Made by a program: the position numbers and the translations under genes. A stretch of 64,000 bases of DNA from the sequence record NC_052659.1. One strand, given 5' to 3'. The notes under the pieces are model-generated. The model saw nothing but the letters and a program-made list of their open reading frames with translations. It did no database searches and was not told where the DNA came from. The number at the start of each line of letters is the position of its first letter. Positions within the stretch are counted from its first letter, which is position 1. Source of the DNA: Escherichia phage nieznany. Below are positions 8,236 to 17,483 of this stretch, in pieces.

Positions 8236-9613
8236 TAAATTTGCCCGTAAACAGGAAGTTGCTGAAGCAGCACGTCGCGCTGGTGTGTATGACAAATTGT
8301 GTGAAGGTATTGTGAAGGTGTATGGCTGGGAGGGAGAAGATGATCCAACCTGTTCAGGTGATTTTGCAATGAACGATATGACCTTCCCATATATTTCCTA
8401 CAATGCCTCCACTGGTGAAATAAACGGTGTAACCAGCACCAGTGTTGATCGTTATCCAGATGCAGAACAAACCACAGGAGGTTACATGTTAGATCTGATT
8501 CTTAAGAAATCAGGGTTATTGGGAATCGAAGACGTTTTCGTAGATGCAGATAGTTTATCATTAGGAGATGTTGTTAAACTACTGGTAGACTTTAGATTTG
8601 CAACAGGTAAAAGCTTCTGGAAGCCAGAAGATGCTGAACGTTTGAAGACAATCGATCCAAGTATGTATGAACTGCCACAATATAAAGATAAACAATTCCG
8701 CAAGGTTATCTTCTTTGATCGTCAAGCAGGCTTAGATGCAATGCATATTGAAGTTGGGGATTTACCACGCCCACACTCTGCTGCTACTGGTGATCGCGGC
8801 CTTGTAGAAGTCACGGCTCAAGAATTTAAAAATATGTTTGCTGCGAAATACGATGAAGCTGCGCCTGTGCCAAGTATTGAGGAGCAAGAGGAAGAACAGT
8901 TTGTAGCGGAAGATACTGCATTTGAATATCTGCCGAACACAGGTGTTATGCCTTCAGAAGATTTCGTGCAGGTTCGCTTCAACAATGGTCAAACAGATGT
9001 TGCTAAGGGAACAGTATTCACTTGGAATATCGACAATCTGGAAGAGTGGGCGATTAAAGAATACTTCATTCTCCCGCGCACGGCAAAATACAACTATAAT
9101 AATGGTGGACACCGCCCTTGTGGTGGTCACGTAGAAGTTCTCTTTCGTGACGGAACTACGGATAGTGGATCGGCTACGCATTTCACTTGGGGTCATGTTG
9201 GATATGATCGGGATATTGTTGGTTGGCTTCCAACTAACAACCCTAAACCACGTTACCGTAAGCCTCGTAAGAAGCCTCCGGTAGGTAAGAAGAGTGTCGT
9301 TCGTGTCCTCTACACTACGCAACAGACCTACACATTTAAAAATGTGGTAGACGTGCAAGTAACCGAGGAGCGAGTTTATATCCAATATGATCGTGAAGTT
9401 ACAGAGGGTATCAAAGAATCGGTTACTACCGAAATTGAAAATAAGCTTGTTATGGCAATCATTGTGGAAGAAAGTAAAGTAGAGAACGGTAAAGCCTATA
9501 CTGTTCGTGATAGCTTCTTGCGTAATATCGATGGAACCTGGGATTACAATGGACACGATGGGACCGCTGTGAAGAACGGTAAGATCATGGGAAGACAATT
9601 CCTCTCCAAATGA
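8228..9613 (+). CDS. hypothetical protein (461 aa)
   Basis: Start moved to ATG 8228 (AGGAGG SD, ATGATTAA overlap with upstream stop); no recognisable motif. Confidence 0.5.
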   Translation: MINKFARKQEVAEAARRAGVYDKLCEGIVKVYGWEGEDDPTCSGDFAMNDMTFPYISYNASTGEINGVTSTSVDRYPDAEQTTGGYMLDLILKKSGLLGIEDVFVDADSLSLGDVVKLLVDFRFATGKSFWKPEDAERLKTIDPSMYELPQYKDKQFRKVIFFDRQAGLDAMHIEVGDLPRPHSAATGDRGLVEVTAQEFKNMFAAKYDEAAPVPSIEEQEEEQFVAEDTAFEYLPNTGVMPSEDFVQVRFNNGQTDVAKGTVFTWNIDNLEEWAIKEYFILPRTAKYNYNNGGHRPCGGHVEVLFRDGTTDSGSATHFTWGHVGYDRDIVGWLPTNNPKPRYRKPRKKPPVGKKSVVRVLYTTQQTYTFKNVVDVQVTEERVYIQYDREVTEGIKESVTTEIENKLVMAIIVEESKVENGKAYTVRDSFLRNIDGTWDYNGHDGTAVKNGKIMGRQFLSK

Positions 9614-9623
9614 TAAAACTTAA

Positions 9624-9646
9624 AGGCGCACTTTGCGCCTTTTTTG
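9624..9646 (+). terminator. rho-independent terminator
   Basis: 7-bp stem AGGCGCA/TGCGCCT with 3-nt loop followed by TTTTTT. Confidence 0.6.
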
Positions 9647-9716
9647 ATTTCCCTCAAAGCTTTTTTCGGTTGGAAGAGGTAGAATAATAGTTCTACTCAC
9701 AAAATAAGGATTAATA

Positions 9717-10589
9717 ATGAAAGATTTGTACCAAGATGTTTTTTCTTTTTTAGATCGCACTTCAGAAACATACACTAGAGAGAATGCAAACAAACCTTCC
9801 CACCTCGTTAACACGCATAGGGATCTCTTGGCGGGGATTTTAAGCAAACATATGGCAATGACACAGATACTGCCAAAAAACTTGTCAGAATGGCATACAG
9901 AAGGTTTTGGACATATTCACGACTTGGATTATCTGCTCTCTCCTCTTACAAACTGTTGTCTTGTTAATTATCAAGATATGTTAGAGAATGGTTTTAAGAT
10001 CGGTGCTGCACAGATAGAAAAACCAAAATCTATTGGAGTAGCTACTACCGTGCTAACTCAAATCATCCAAGCTGTTGCCTCCAGTCAGTATGGAGGTCAG
10101 ACGTGTGCGCACATTGATAAAGGTCTTAGTCCTTATGTTGAAGCTAGTTTCCTTAAAAACATGGAGATAACCAAACGTCGCTACGGTTGTTATGCAAGGA
10201 AAGAAGCCCTAGAAATGACCGAACAAGATGTATATGACGCTATGCAAACTCTTTTGTATCAGGTTAACACTTTAATGAGTGTTAATGGACAATCTCCTTT
10301 TATTACAATCAGTATGGGTCTGGATACCTCTGTTTTTGGCAGAATGATCACAGCTAACTATCTTAAAGTGCATAGTAACGGTCTAGGTAAAGATCATGTA
10401 ACGCCTGTATTCCCTAAAGTTATTTTCTTTTTACAAGAAGGTGTTAACATGAAACCTAGTGATCCTAACTACGACCTTAAGCAACAAGCTTTGGCATGTT
10501 GTGCTGATCGTATTTATCCAGATTTTATTTCTGTTCCTTTGAACAAAGAAGTTACGGGGTCAGCAGATGGCACTGTTACGAGTATGGGT
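9717..10589 (+). CDS. nrdD: anaerobic ribonucleoside-triphosphate reductase NrdD, exon 1
   Basis: GFGHIHDLDY and downstream class III RNR-like sequence; reading frame runs into the intron and stops at 10598; exon ends on a U (..ATGGGT). Confidence 0.7.
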
Positions 10590-11360
10590 AAACTATAACT
10601 GCTCATGTAAAATCTGCCTAAACGGGGGAACTCTCAACAGAGACAATCCCGTGCTAAACGTAACAGAACTCCCAACACAGAAGAAGGGGGGTACTGATAT
10701 GAGAAAACAAATTCGTGATTTTGAAGGGTATGAAATTGACGAGCTTGGAAATGTTTATTGTACCAGGTATAAGGATGAAAGAATCCTTCGCTCGTGGGAA
10801 GAAATAAACACAGGATACCAACTTGTCAGAATACGTAAAAACAAGAAAACTGTTTGCTTTCGGGTGCACAGACTTGTAGCTGAAGCGTTTTTACCCAATC
10901 CAGACAATTTACCTTATGTGAAGCATAAAGGTGACAATAGGAAAGACAACAGTGTATACAATCTTGAGTGGGGATCTTGTCCAGACAACACGCAAGAGGG
11001 TTACGATAATAACTGTTATGCTTTCTACACAAGGTGTCACAGTGTAAAAGCTACTCATAAGGCTACTGGTGAAGTTTTTTACTTTAAAAGTCTGAGATGT
11101 TGTGCTGACGCTTTAGGGTTGGACAGAAAAAGAATATCTGCAATCTTAAAGCAAGGAGCACCAAATAATTATGATTATGAGTTCTGTTACGAAATGCCTA
11201 ACGACTAGCTGTGATGAATGTAGCAGCGTAGGGTGTAAGCCTATGACACCCCAAATGGTAGACATGCTTTAAGCATGAAGATATAGTCTGATCTGCATGG
11301 TGACATGCAGCAGCACGTAATGGTGCGGGAGTGGCCTTGCGAGCCACTTTGAACATAATG
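10590..11360 (+). mobile_element. group I self-splicing intron in nrdD with internal HNH endonuclease ORF
   Basis: Conserved core AAATCTGCCTAAACGGGGGAACTCTC...AGACAATCCCGTGCTAAA (10609-10657) closely resembles the T4 td/nrdD intron core; candidate IGS GCCTA pairs with exon end UGGGU; intron ends on G 11360; splicing restores ..TSMG|CRSFLSYY.. Confidence 0.7.
10699..11208 (+). CDS. HNH homing endonuclease (NUMOD4 plus HNH_3 type), intron-encoded
   Basis: FEGYEIDELGNVY (NUMOD4-like), VHRLVAEAFLPNP and KHKGDNRKDNSVYNLEWGS (HNH); ATG 10699 with AAGGGGG SD; lies wholly inside the intron. Confidence 0.8.
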   Translation: MRKQIRDFEGYEIDELGNVYCTRYKDERILRSWEEINTGYQLVRIRKNKKTVCFRVHRLVAEAFLPNPDNLPYVKHKGDNRKDNSVYNLEWGSCPDNTQEGYDNNCYAFYTRCHSVKATHKATGEVFYFKSLRCCADALGLDRKRISAILKQGAPNNYDYEFCYEMPND

Positions 11361-12302
11361 TGTAGAAGTTTCTTGTCATACTATGCAACAGAGCAAGGAG
11401 AAAAATATGATGGACGATTCAACCTTGGAGTAGTTTCTATCAACTTGCCTCTGATTGCTGCGGAAGCGAGAAGTAAAGGAGAATCTTTCACCGATCTTCT
11501 TAATAAACATATGGAGATAGCCTACGATGCTCACATGCTACGTGTAAACCGTATCAGACATACCAAAGCATCTGAAAACCCTATTCTTTTCATGGAAGGG
11601 GCTTTAGCGCGTTTAAATGCCAACGATGAAATTGGTGCTTTGTTTGAAGGTGGTTATGCTTCTATTAGTATTGGTTATGTAGGTCTTGCCGAAGCTTTGG
11701 AAATCCTTTATCCAGAGGAAAAAGATAAAAAGGAACTAGGTAAAAACATTCTGCAACATATGAAAGATGTGTGTGCTGTGTTTAAAGAACGATCTAAGTT
11801 GGCATTTAGTCTTTATGGAACTCCAGCAGAATCCTTGTGCTATAAATTTGCAACAGCTTTAAATGAAAAATATCCAGGTCTGGTAGAAAGAGACTATCTT
11901 ACTAATTCTTTTCATCAACCTGTATGGTTGGTAACAAATCCTTTTGAAAAATGGGATTATGAAGCAGGTTTTGCACAGATTAGCAATGGTGGTAACATAA
12001 GTTATGTCGAAACACCAAACTTAAAGAATAACTTAGAAGCTTTGGAGACTTTAGTAGACTACGCTTATGAACATATTCACTATTTTGGTATTAATCAGCC
12101 CGTGGATCAATGCTTTAAGTGTGGTTTTCATGGAGAATTTAAGGCAACGGCTAAAGGGTTTGAGTGTCCTAATTGTGGCAACCATGAAGAAGAAACTATT
12201 TCTGTAGTTAGACGTGTATCAGGGTATCTTTCTGCCCCTAATTCACGGCCTTATAACAAAGGTAAAATGCAGGAAGTTTTGCAAAGGGAGAAACATCTTT
12301 GA
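11361..12302 (+). CDS. nrdD: anaerobic ribonucleoside-triphosphate reductase NrdD, exon 2
   Basis: C-terminal zinc ribbon CFKCG..CPNCG and glycyl-radical motif RRVSGYL. Confidence 0.8.
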   Translation, partial: CRSFLSYYATEQGEKYDGRFNLGVVSINLPLIAAEARSKGESFTDLLNKHMEIAYDAHMLRVNRIRHTKASENPILFMEGALARLNANDEIGALFEGGYASISIGYVGLAEALEILYPEEKDKKELGKNILQHMKDVCAVFKERSKLAFSLYGTPAESLCYKFATALNEKYPGLVERDYLTNSFHQPVWLVTNPFEKWDYEAGFAQISNGGNISYVETPNLKNNLEALETLVDYAYEHIHYFGINQPVDQCFKCGFHGEFKATAKGFECPNCGNHEEETISVVRRVSGYLSAPNSRPYNKGKMQEVLQREKHL

Positions 12303-12769
12303 ATTTTGCAGGATATGAACCTGTAGATCTTATTAATGGTGAGGGAGTTAGGTGCTCCCTCTGGGTTAGTGGTTGTAGCCACGGTTGTCGTGGCTGTTTT
12401 AACCAAAAAGCCTGGTCTTATTCTTATGGGAAACCGTTTACTGACGAAAATGTAGAGCAAGTTTTAAAAGATTTGTCAAGACCATTTGTAAAAGGTTTAA
12501 CAATTTTAGGAGGAGAACCATTAGATCCGCAGAATATTCACAATGTTAAAAGCCTTATAGAAAAGGTTAGAGACGTTTATGGGTCAAGCAAAGATATAAT
12601 GGTGTATACAGGATATACTTTTGAGGAAGTGCCTTTGTATATTAAAAATCTTGTTGACATTATTGTAGACGGAAAGTACGAAATAAACAATCCAACTACA
12701 AAACCTTTCAGAGGGTCAGATAATCAAAGATTATGGACCAAAACGGCAAGTGGTTGGCAATCAGATTAA
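12299..12769 (+). CDS. nrdG: anaerobic RNR activating protein NrdG (radical SAM)
   Basis: CSHGCRGCFN radical-SAM cysteine motif; directly downstream of nrdD; TTG start. Confidence 0.8.
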   Translation: MNFAGYEPVDLINGEGVRCSLWVSGCSHGCRGCFNQKAWSYSYGKPFTDENVEQVLKDLSRPFVKGLTILGGEPLDPQNIHNVKSLIEKVRDVYGSSKDIMVYTGYTFEEVPLYIKNLVDIIVDGKYEINNPTTKPFRGSDNQRLWTKTASGWQSD

Positions 12770-12782
12770 CTTAGGAGGTTTC

Positions 12783-12974
12783 ATGGTTACATATTTTGCT
12801 GTAGGGGATAGAGTAGGGACGGCAGGAGAACTTTTGAAGAACAGTGATCGGGACGTTAAGGACATTCTTGCAACCCTTGTGGATATTTTACAAAGAAAAG
12901 AGTTGCTTTCTGATCGAGATGTTGCTAAATTACTTGATATCGGAGGAGATGAACTTCAAAGACTTCCATTTTAA
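12783..12974 (+). CDS. hypothetical protein (63 aa)
   Basis: ATG 12783 with TTAGGAGG SD (track ORF begins at 12750). Confidence 0.4.
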   Translation: MVTYFAVGDRVGTAGELLKNSDRDVKDILATLVDILQRKELLSDRDVAKLLDIGGDELQRLPF

Positions 12975-12989
12975 GTGAGGAGATAAGTA

Positions 12990-13595
12990 ATGCAACATAG
13001 TGTAGTAGTCAACATGCCGAATAGTGGGGATAAATCTTTTGGTGTTCCTGCTAAAAAAGTATGGAAAGCCCATTTTCATCTTACTTTATCTAACGTTAGT
13101 TCTGAAGAGTTGATGAAAGCAGCTAAGATTATTGGTGCCAAATGCACAACAATTGATTTACATCGGGATACAAAGTCTCAACGTGATCGTATGTTAACAA
13201 AGTATCAAAGCGATCTCGACACTACTTTAATGTTGCAGTGTGTAGAAAAACTTGAGAATGCAGGTTTCAATGTTGTTCGTTACAAACTGGAACGAATGTT
13301 TAAACATGTTGCCTGTGTTCTTTTCATGGATCTAAGTAAAGAAAATTATGGAGAAGTTCACATTAAGACTTCAGCAAGTGATCCCGAAGTAGAAACAAAC
13401 TTCTTCCGTATTTCTTCTAATGCTGAAGAAATTGATTACCGATTTTATAATGCTCGCTTATATTCCGCAGAAGATAAGTTGCGTTTCAATGAAGCGTATG
13501 ATATGCTCTTGAACAGTGGGATACAGATAAAAGGCTACCACATAGAACAAGTTGTGGTAGATAGTAACTTAAATCTTGATGCGTGGTGGGCCTAG
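12990..13595 (+). CDS. hypothetical protein (201 aa)
   Basis: GAGGAG SD; single HLTL motif only. Confidence 0.5.
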   Translation: MQHSVVVNMPNSGDKSFGVPAKKVWKAHFHLTLSNVSSEELMKAAKIIGAKCTTIDLHRDTKSQRDRMLTKYQSDLDTTLMLQCVEKLENAGFNVVRYKLERMFKHVACVLFMDLSKENYGEVHIKTSASDPEVETNFFRISSNAEEIDYRFYNARLYSAEDKLRFNEAYDMLLNSGIQIKGYHIEQVVVDSNLNLDAWWA

Positions 13596-13596
13596 T

Positions 13597-14253
13597 ATGA
13601 CAATAAAACATATCTCTTTTGATGTATGGAATACTCTTATTTCTGCCAATCAAAACTATGCAGATGCACGTACGCACACTATTGCTACATATGGTAGAAT
13701 GTCTGAACGTGCGGCAAAAGAAGCGTATAAAGATGCCAAAGAAATTATGGATAATGCTGCACTAAATGGGTGTGCAGAAGGTGTAGCATATGCATGGAAT
13801 ATGTTGGGAAGAAAGATAGGTTTAACCCCTGTAGAATCTGCACAAATGCGTTTTGAATGTGAGCAATGGTTTCTTAAATTTCCTCCACATATCGCTTTAG
13901 ATTTGCCAGTTTGTTTGCTATACTTGTCTGGTAAATATGATCTTAGTATTAAAAGCAATACTAATTTTATATCTGGGGATATTTTGCGTCGTGCTTGTAT
14001 GTTCGACAGTTGGAATTGTTTTGAATTTATGCATTTTTCAGACGAACATCTGTTATGTAAACCAGATCCTAGATTCTTTGTTAGGACCGCCACATATTCA
14101 AGCATTCCTTTGAAGGCTGAAGAGATTTTACATGTTGGGGACAGCGAAGAATTTGATGGTAAATGTGTTGACATAGGGATTAACTTCTGTCATATTAAGA
14201 ACCCTAACGACTTACTAGAGAAACTTAAAAGAGGAGAAATTGTAAATGCGTAA
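13597..14253 (+). CDS. HAD-superfamily hydrolase-like protein
   Basis: Motif I ISFDVWNTLIS and motif IV ILHVGDSEEFDGKCVDIG in the expected order; start at ATG 13597. Confidence 0.55.
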   Translation: MTIKHISFDVWNTLISANQNYADARTHTIATYGRMSERAAKEAYKDAKEIMDNAALNGCAEGVAYAWNMLGRKIGLTPVESAQMRFECEQWFLKFPPHIALDLPVCLLYLSGKYDLSIKSNTNFISGDILRRACMFDSWNCFEFMHFSDEHLLCKPDPRFFVRTATYSSIPLKAEEILHVGDSEEFDGKCVDIGINFCHIKNPNDLLEKLKRGEIVNA

Positions 14254-15073
14254 TCAAACTCAAATTTTTGCAAATAAATTTGATGACCTGGAAACTGCTA
14301 CTTTTGATATCAAAGATTATTCAAAATTGAAATTTGGTAGTAACCAAGCTGCGCGTCGTATGGGTAAAGAATTGGCACTTCAGTTTTTTGCTCAAGTGGC
14401 AATGAAACATATTGGGGAACAATTTGTTATCATTCCTTCTCCTTATAACCATGTGCATAATGCTGCAACAATGATGACAGATCATTTTATTAATTACTTT
14501 AATATGTTGCAAGCACAATATGATCAAGGTTGTTCAGCAGAACTGGATATTATTCATCGTAAAGTTAGCTATATCAACGATTATGGTTTCTTGGATAAAG
14601 CTAGTCGTAAGAAACTTATTGATGGGGATACATTCTACTGCAACAAAGAATTCTGGGGTGATAAGAAGCTTGTGTTCATTGATGATGTAAATATCACTGG
14701 AACTCATGAAGACAAACTGATTGAGATTCTTGATGAAAATCAAGTTAAAAATGATGTTTACTTCTTGTATTTTGCAAAATATGAAGGTAATCAAGCAGAT
14801 ACTGAAGCTAAACTGAATTTTAACTACATCAATACACCAGAAGCGTTTGTTAAAATGATTAATGAAGAACGTGATGCACAGTGTCTTGTTCGTCCTATTA
14901 AGTATCTTATGGGCCAAAATCACGAAGACTTCAAAATCATTCTTAGCCAATTGCCACACTACTATGTAGAGCAACTTTTCTTCGGATGTTTGGGAGAAGG
15001 TTACAACCGAATTTCAAAGTATGCTGAAAACTTTGAATTCTTGGATCGTTACACAAAACAACACATTCTGTAA
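14246..15073 (+). CDS. type I phosphoribosyltransferase (PRTase) domain protein
   Basis: PRPP-binding signature KKLVFIDDVNITGTH; AAGAGGAG SD. Confidence 0.6.
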   Translation: MRNQTQIFANKFDDLETATFDIKDYSKLKFGSNQAARRMGKELALQFFAQVAMKHIGEQFVIIPSPYNHVHNAATMMTDHFINYFNMLQAQYDQGCSAELDIIHRKVSYINDYGFLDKASRKKLIDGDTFYCNKEFWGDKKLVFIDDVNITGTHEDKLIEILDENQVKNDVYFLYFAKYEGNQADTEAKLNFNYINTPEAFVKMINEERDAQCLVRPIKYLMGQNHEDFKIILSQLPHYYVEQLFFGCLGEGYNRISKYAENFEFLDRYTKQHIL

Positions 15074-15086
15074 TAAGGAGCTAAAA

Positions 15087-15560
15087 ATGCTTAAAATGAA
15101 AACAGGTAATCTTATTGATGCCGCTAAAGCAGGTGAAGTAACTGTTATTGCTCATTGTTGCAATTGTATGTGTAATATGGGGGCAGGAATTGCTCCGCAA
15201 ATTAAACGAGCATTCCCTTATGCATATGCGGCAGATTTAGACACAACGGCTGGTGATCAAAGTAAGTTAGGTTCTTTTAGTTTAGGGGTGCCAGACGAAC
15301 AATCAGACCCTTTGGTATATAATCTATACGGGCAATACCGTTACGGATACAATGCTAAAGGTCGTCAGTTGGACTATGATGCACTTTACGATGCACTAAT
15401 AGCTATGGCTAATGATTTGCTTCTCCGTGACCAAAAATGTAAGATCGGCTTACCTATGATTGGCGCTGGATATGCTGGAGGTAATTGGGCTATCATCCAA
15501 GTGATGATTGAAGAAACTTTAGTAAAAACAGGTCACGATGTGACTATTTATAAACTTTAA
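15087..15560 (+). CDS. macro domain protein (ADP-ribose-binding/processing)
   Basis: VTVIAHCCNCMCNMGAGIAPQIKRAFP and later IGLPMIGAGYAGGNW match the macro-domain Gly-rich loops; ATG 15087 with TAAGGAG SD. Confidence 0.65.
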   Translation: MLKMKTGNLIDAAKAGEVTVIAHCCNCMCNMGAGIAPQIKRAFPYAYAADLDTTAGDQSKLGSFSLGVPDEQSDPLVYNLYGQYRYGYNAKGRQLDYDALYDALIAMANDLLLRDQKCKIGLPMIGAGYAGGNWAIIQVMIEETLVKTGHDVTIYKL

Positions 15561-15572
15561 GAGGAGATTAGT

Positions 15573-15794
15573 ATGGGTGTTTTTGCAGGTATTGTTGCAG
15601 TGGTAAGCTTTTTTGTTATTGCTTTTATGCTTAGTTTGATTCCAGCTTGGTTACTGTTGCTGGCTTACAACTATGTTGCTGAAGTTATGGGTCATGCAGA
15701 TATCACTGTCCCAGTAACCTTCTGGACCGTGGTTTGTGTTTCGTTTATTCTGGCAGTATTACGAGGAATCTTTTCCTCTCATTCAACAAAATAA
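15573..15794 (+). CDS. small membrane protein (73 aa, two predicted TM helices)
   Basis: Hydrophobic composition; AAGAGGAG SD. Confidence 0.5.
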   Translation: MGVFAGIVAVVSFFVIAFMLSLIPAWLLLLAYNYVAEVMGHADITVPVTFWTVVCVSFILAVLRGIFSSHSTK

Positions 15795-15797
15795 GTG

Positions 15798-15825
15798 TTG
15801 ACATAGTTCTTAAAAAGAGTAAGAT
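15798..15825 (+). promoter_or_regulatory. sigma70-like promoter (TTGACA-16-TAAGAT)
   Basis: -35 15798-15803, -10 15820-15825; followed by a GC hairpin in the leader and the terC-like gene. Confidence 0.55.
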
Positions 15826-15873
15826 ATATCACATGAAGCGGGGAATAGTTCCCCGCAAAGAGAGGAGAAAAGA

Positions 15874-16848
15874 ATGCAACTCGGTTTCCCAGTTATTGAT
15901 GTAGTTGTTTTAGTTGGTATTTTGGCATTGTCTATTGGTATCGATTTCTTTGGTCATAAAGAGAATAAAGAAATTGGAATTAAATCTGCTTTGCTTTGGT
16001 CTGTTTTTTGGATTGCTTTAGCTTTAGGATATTACGCATTCATTTGGGTAGAACATGGTAAAGAGTTTGCCGCGCTTTTCCTAAGTGGCTATGTGTTGGA
16101 AAAGAGTCTTTCTGTAGATAACCTGATGGTGTTCATGGCAATTTTTGCAAGCTTTGGAATTAAGAGCACACATCTCCAACATAAGATTTTACTTTGGGGG
16201 ATTGCAGGAGCCATTGTCTTCCGAGGTATTTTTGTTGCAGCAGGGACCGCTTTGTTTAACCTTCATTGGTCGGTCCAAGTGTTGTTCGGTTTGATTGTAG
16301 CTTGGTCTGCCGTGGCTATCATCAAAGGTGGTGACGAAGAAGAGGATATTGATTACTCTAAGCATTGGGCTGTTCGTTTAGTAGGTAAAGTTCTGCCTGT
16401 GCACAATGCACTAGATGGTGAAAAGTTCATTACCATTAAGAATGGTATTAAATATGCAACTCCTGCTCTTCTTTGTGTGTTTGTTATTGAGCTTACAGAT
16501 ATTGTCTTCTCTTTTGATTCAGTTCCGGCTGTGATCGGTGTGACACAAGAACCTCTGCTAGTTTATTCTGCAATGCTGATGGCTGTTCTTGGTTTACGTG
16601 CACTTTTCTTTGTGTTAAGTGTAGCTGTGAAATATCTGGTTCACTTAGAGAAAGCTGTTGCTGTGGTTCTGGTGTTTGTTGGTGCTAAACTTATGTATCA
16701 CCCGTTCGGTGAAACACTTCATGCCAAGTGGTCATTCCTCCCGCATGATATTTCCCCTAACGTAAGTCTGATGATTGTTCTAGGCACATTATCTCTTGGT
16801 GTTATTGCAAGCTTTATCTTCCCTGAAAAAGAAGAAGCTACTGTTTAA
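15874..16848 (+). CDS. terC: TerC-family integral membrane protein
   Basis: Multi-pass membrane protein with TerC signatures EKSLSVDNLMVF and DIVFSFDSVPAVIGVT. Confidence 0.8.
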   Translation: MQLGFPVIDVVVLVGILALSIGIDFFGHKENKEIGIKSALLWSVFWIALALGYYAFIWVEHGKEFAALFLSGYVLEKSLSVDNLMVFMAIFASFGIKSTHLQHKILLWGIAGAIVFRGIFVAAGTALFNLHWSVQVLFGLIVAWSAVAIIKGGDEEEDIDYSKHWAVRLVGKVLPVHNALDGEKFITIKNGIKYATPALLCVFVIELTDIVFSFDSVPAVIGVTQEPLLVYSAMLMAVLGLRALFFVLSVAVKYLVHLEKAVAVVLVFVGAKLMYHPFGETLHAKWSFLPHDISPNVSLMIVLGTLSLGVIASFIFPEKEEATV

Positions 16849-16854
16849 TAAATG

Positions 16855-16879
16855 AGCCTCCTTCGGGAGGCTATTTTAT
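16855..16879 (+). terminator. rho-independent terminator
   Basis: AGCCTCC-TTCG-GGAGGCT stem-loop followed by ATTTTAT. Confidence 0.5.
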
Positions 16880-16890
16880 AGGAGAGACTT

Positions 16891-17241
16891 ATGAGTAATT
16901 TTGATGAAATTCAAGAACTTGTTTGGGATTTATCTGGTGATGTGGATTACGTTTTAGATTATCTTTCAAAAGTTTACCCTGGGGTAAGCGTTATGATCGT
17001 GACCAAAGATCCAATTAATTTGCCTCCTAATGTGGTAGCTTGTTGTGGGAGTGGTTCAGGGGAAGTGGAGCCTGTATCCCGTTGGGAATTAACTAAAGCT
17101 GTTTCAAAACGAAACGGTGAAGTTTTGAATATTGATATCGAGCAAATATGGACTTCTCCAGCAGCTAAATGGAATGATCCGAATGGTTGGGACTTGTTCT
17201 TCTGGGATAATGAAACTGATGATGAGGTATTTTTAAAATGA
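16891..17241 (+). CDS. hypothetical protein (116 aa)
   Basis: ORF with AGGAGAG SD. Confidence 0.5.
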   Translation: MSNFDEIQELVWDLSGDVDYVLDYLSKVYPGVSVMIVTKDPINLPPNVVACCGSGSGEVEPVSRWELTKAVSKRNGEVLNIDIEQIWTSPAAKWNDPNGWDLFFWDNETDDEVFLK

Positions 17242-17483
17242 AATACTTGTTGGTTGTGTTTGAAAATATTTGTTTTGCAATAGGGTTGTTTGTTGTAATT
17301 TTTGTATTGACAAGCGTAATCAACGGCAGTAAAGTGAGTTTATACCGAGATGGAGAGCAACTTTATTGCTTCTCTGGAGATTTCAAACACAGATGTATTA
17401 ATAGCCAAAACGAGGAAAGCAAATATGAAAAAACTAGCCCTGATTTTAATTGGTTGTATCTTTTTAACAGCTTGCGAGGATGA
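17238..17483 (+). CDS. possible small membrane protein (81 aa)
   Basis: Hydrophobic N-terminus; weak SD; overlaps the lipoprotein gene in another frame, so uncertain. Confidence 0.25.
   Translation: MKYLLVVFENICFAIGLFVVIFVLTSVINGSKVSLYRDGEQLYCFSGDFKHRCINSQNEESKYEKTSPDFNWLYLFNSLRG

Noticed and set aside
8954-9598. 214-aa minus-strand ORF
   Set aside because: Lies entirely antisense within the well-supported plus-strand gene 8228-9613, in a same-strand operon; low-complexity translation; treated as spurious
9651-9716. Inverted repeat GTAGAA-TAATAG-TTCTAC upstream of nrdD as an NrdR box
   Set aside because: Does not match the ACA..TGT-type NrdR box pattern as I recall it, and occurs only once; left as an unassigned palindrome
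10567-10698. N-terminal extension of the intron endonuclease ORF back into nrdD exon 1
   Set aside because: The extension has no SD and reads across the splice site; the conserved NUMOD4 motif begins right after ATG 10699, which has its own SD
12990-13595. 2H phosphoesterase (LigT-like) assignment
   Set aside because: Only one H-x-T-x motif (HLTL) is present; the second required motif is absent
13656-14174. 172-aa minus-strand ORF
   Set aside because: Antisense to the HAD-like gene, which has clear motifs and coupling; no SD; spurious
14534-14974. 146-aa minus-strand ORF
   Set aside because: Antisense to the PRTase gene; AT-rich frame with Ile/Phe/Asn bias typical of chance ORFs
14246-15073. 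PRTase as a PRPP-synthetase-like Adps of a phage NAD reconstitution pathway
   Set aside because: Only the generic PRPP-binding loop is recognisable; the N-terminal Prs motifs are not evident and no Nampt/Namat-like partner was found in the window
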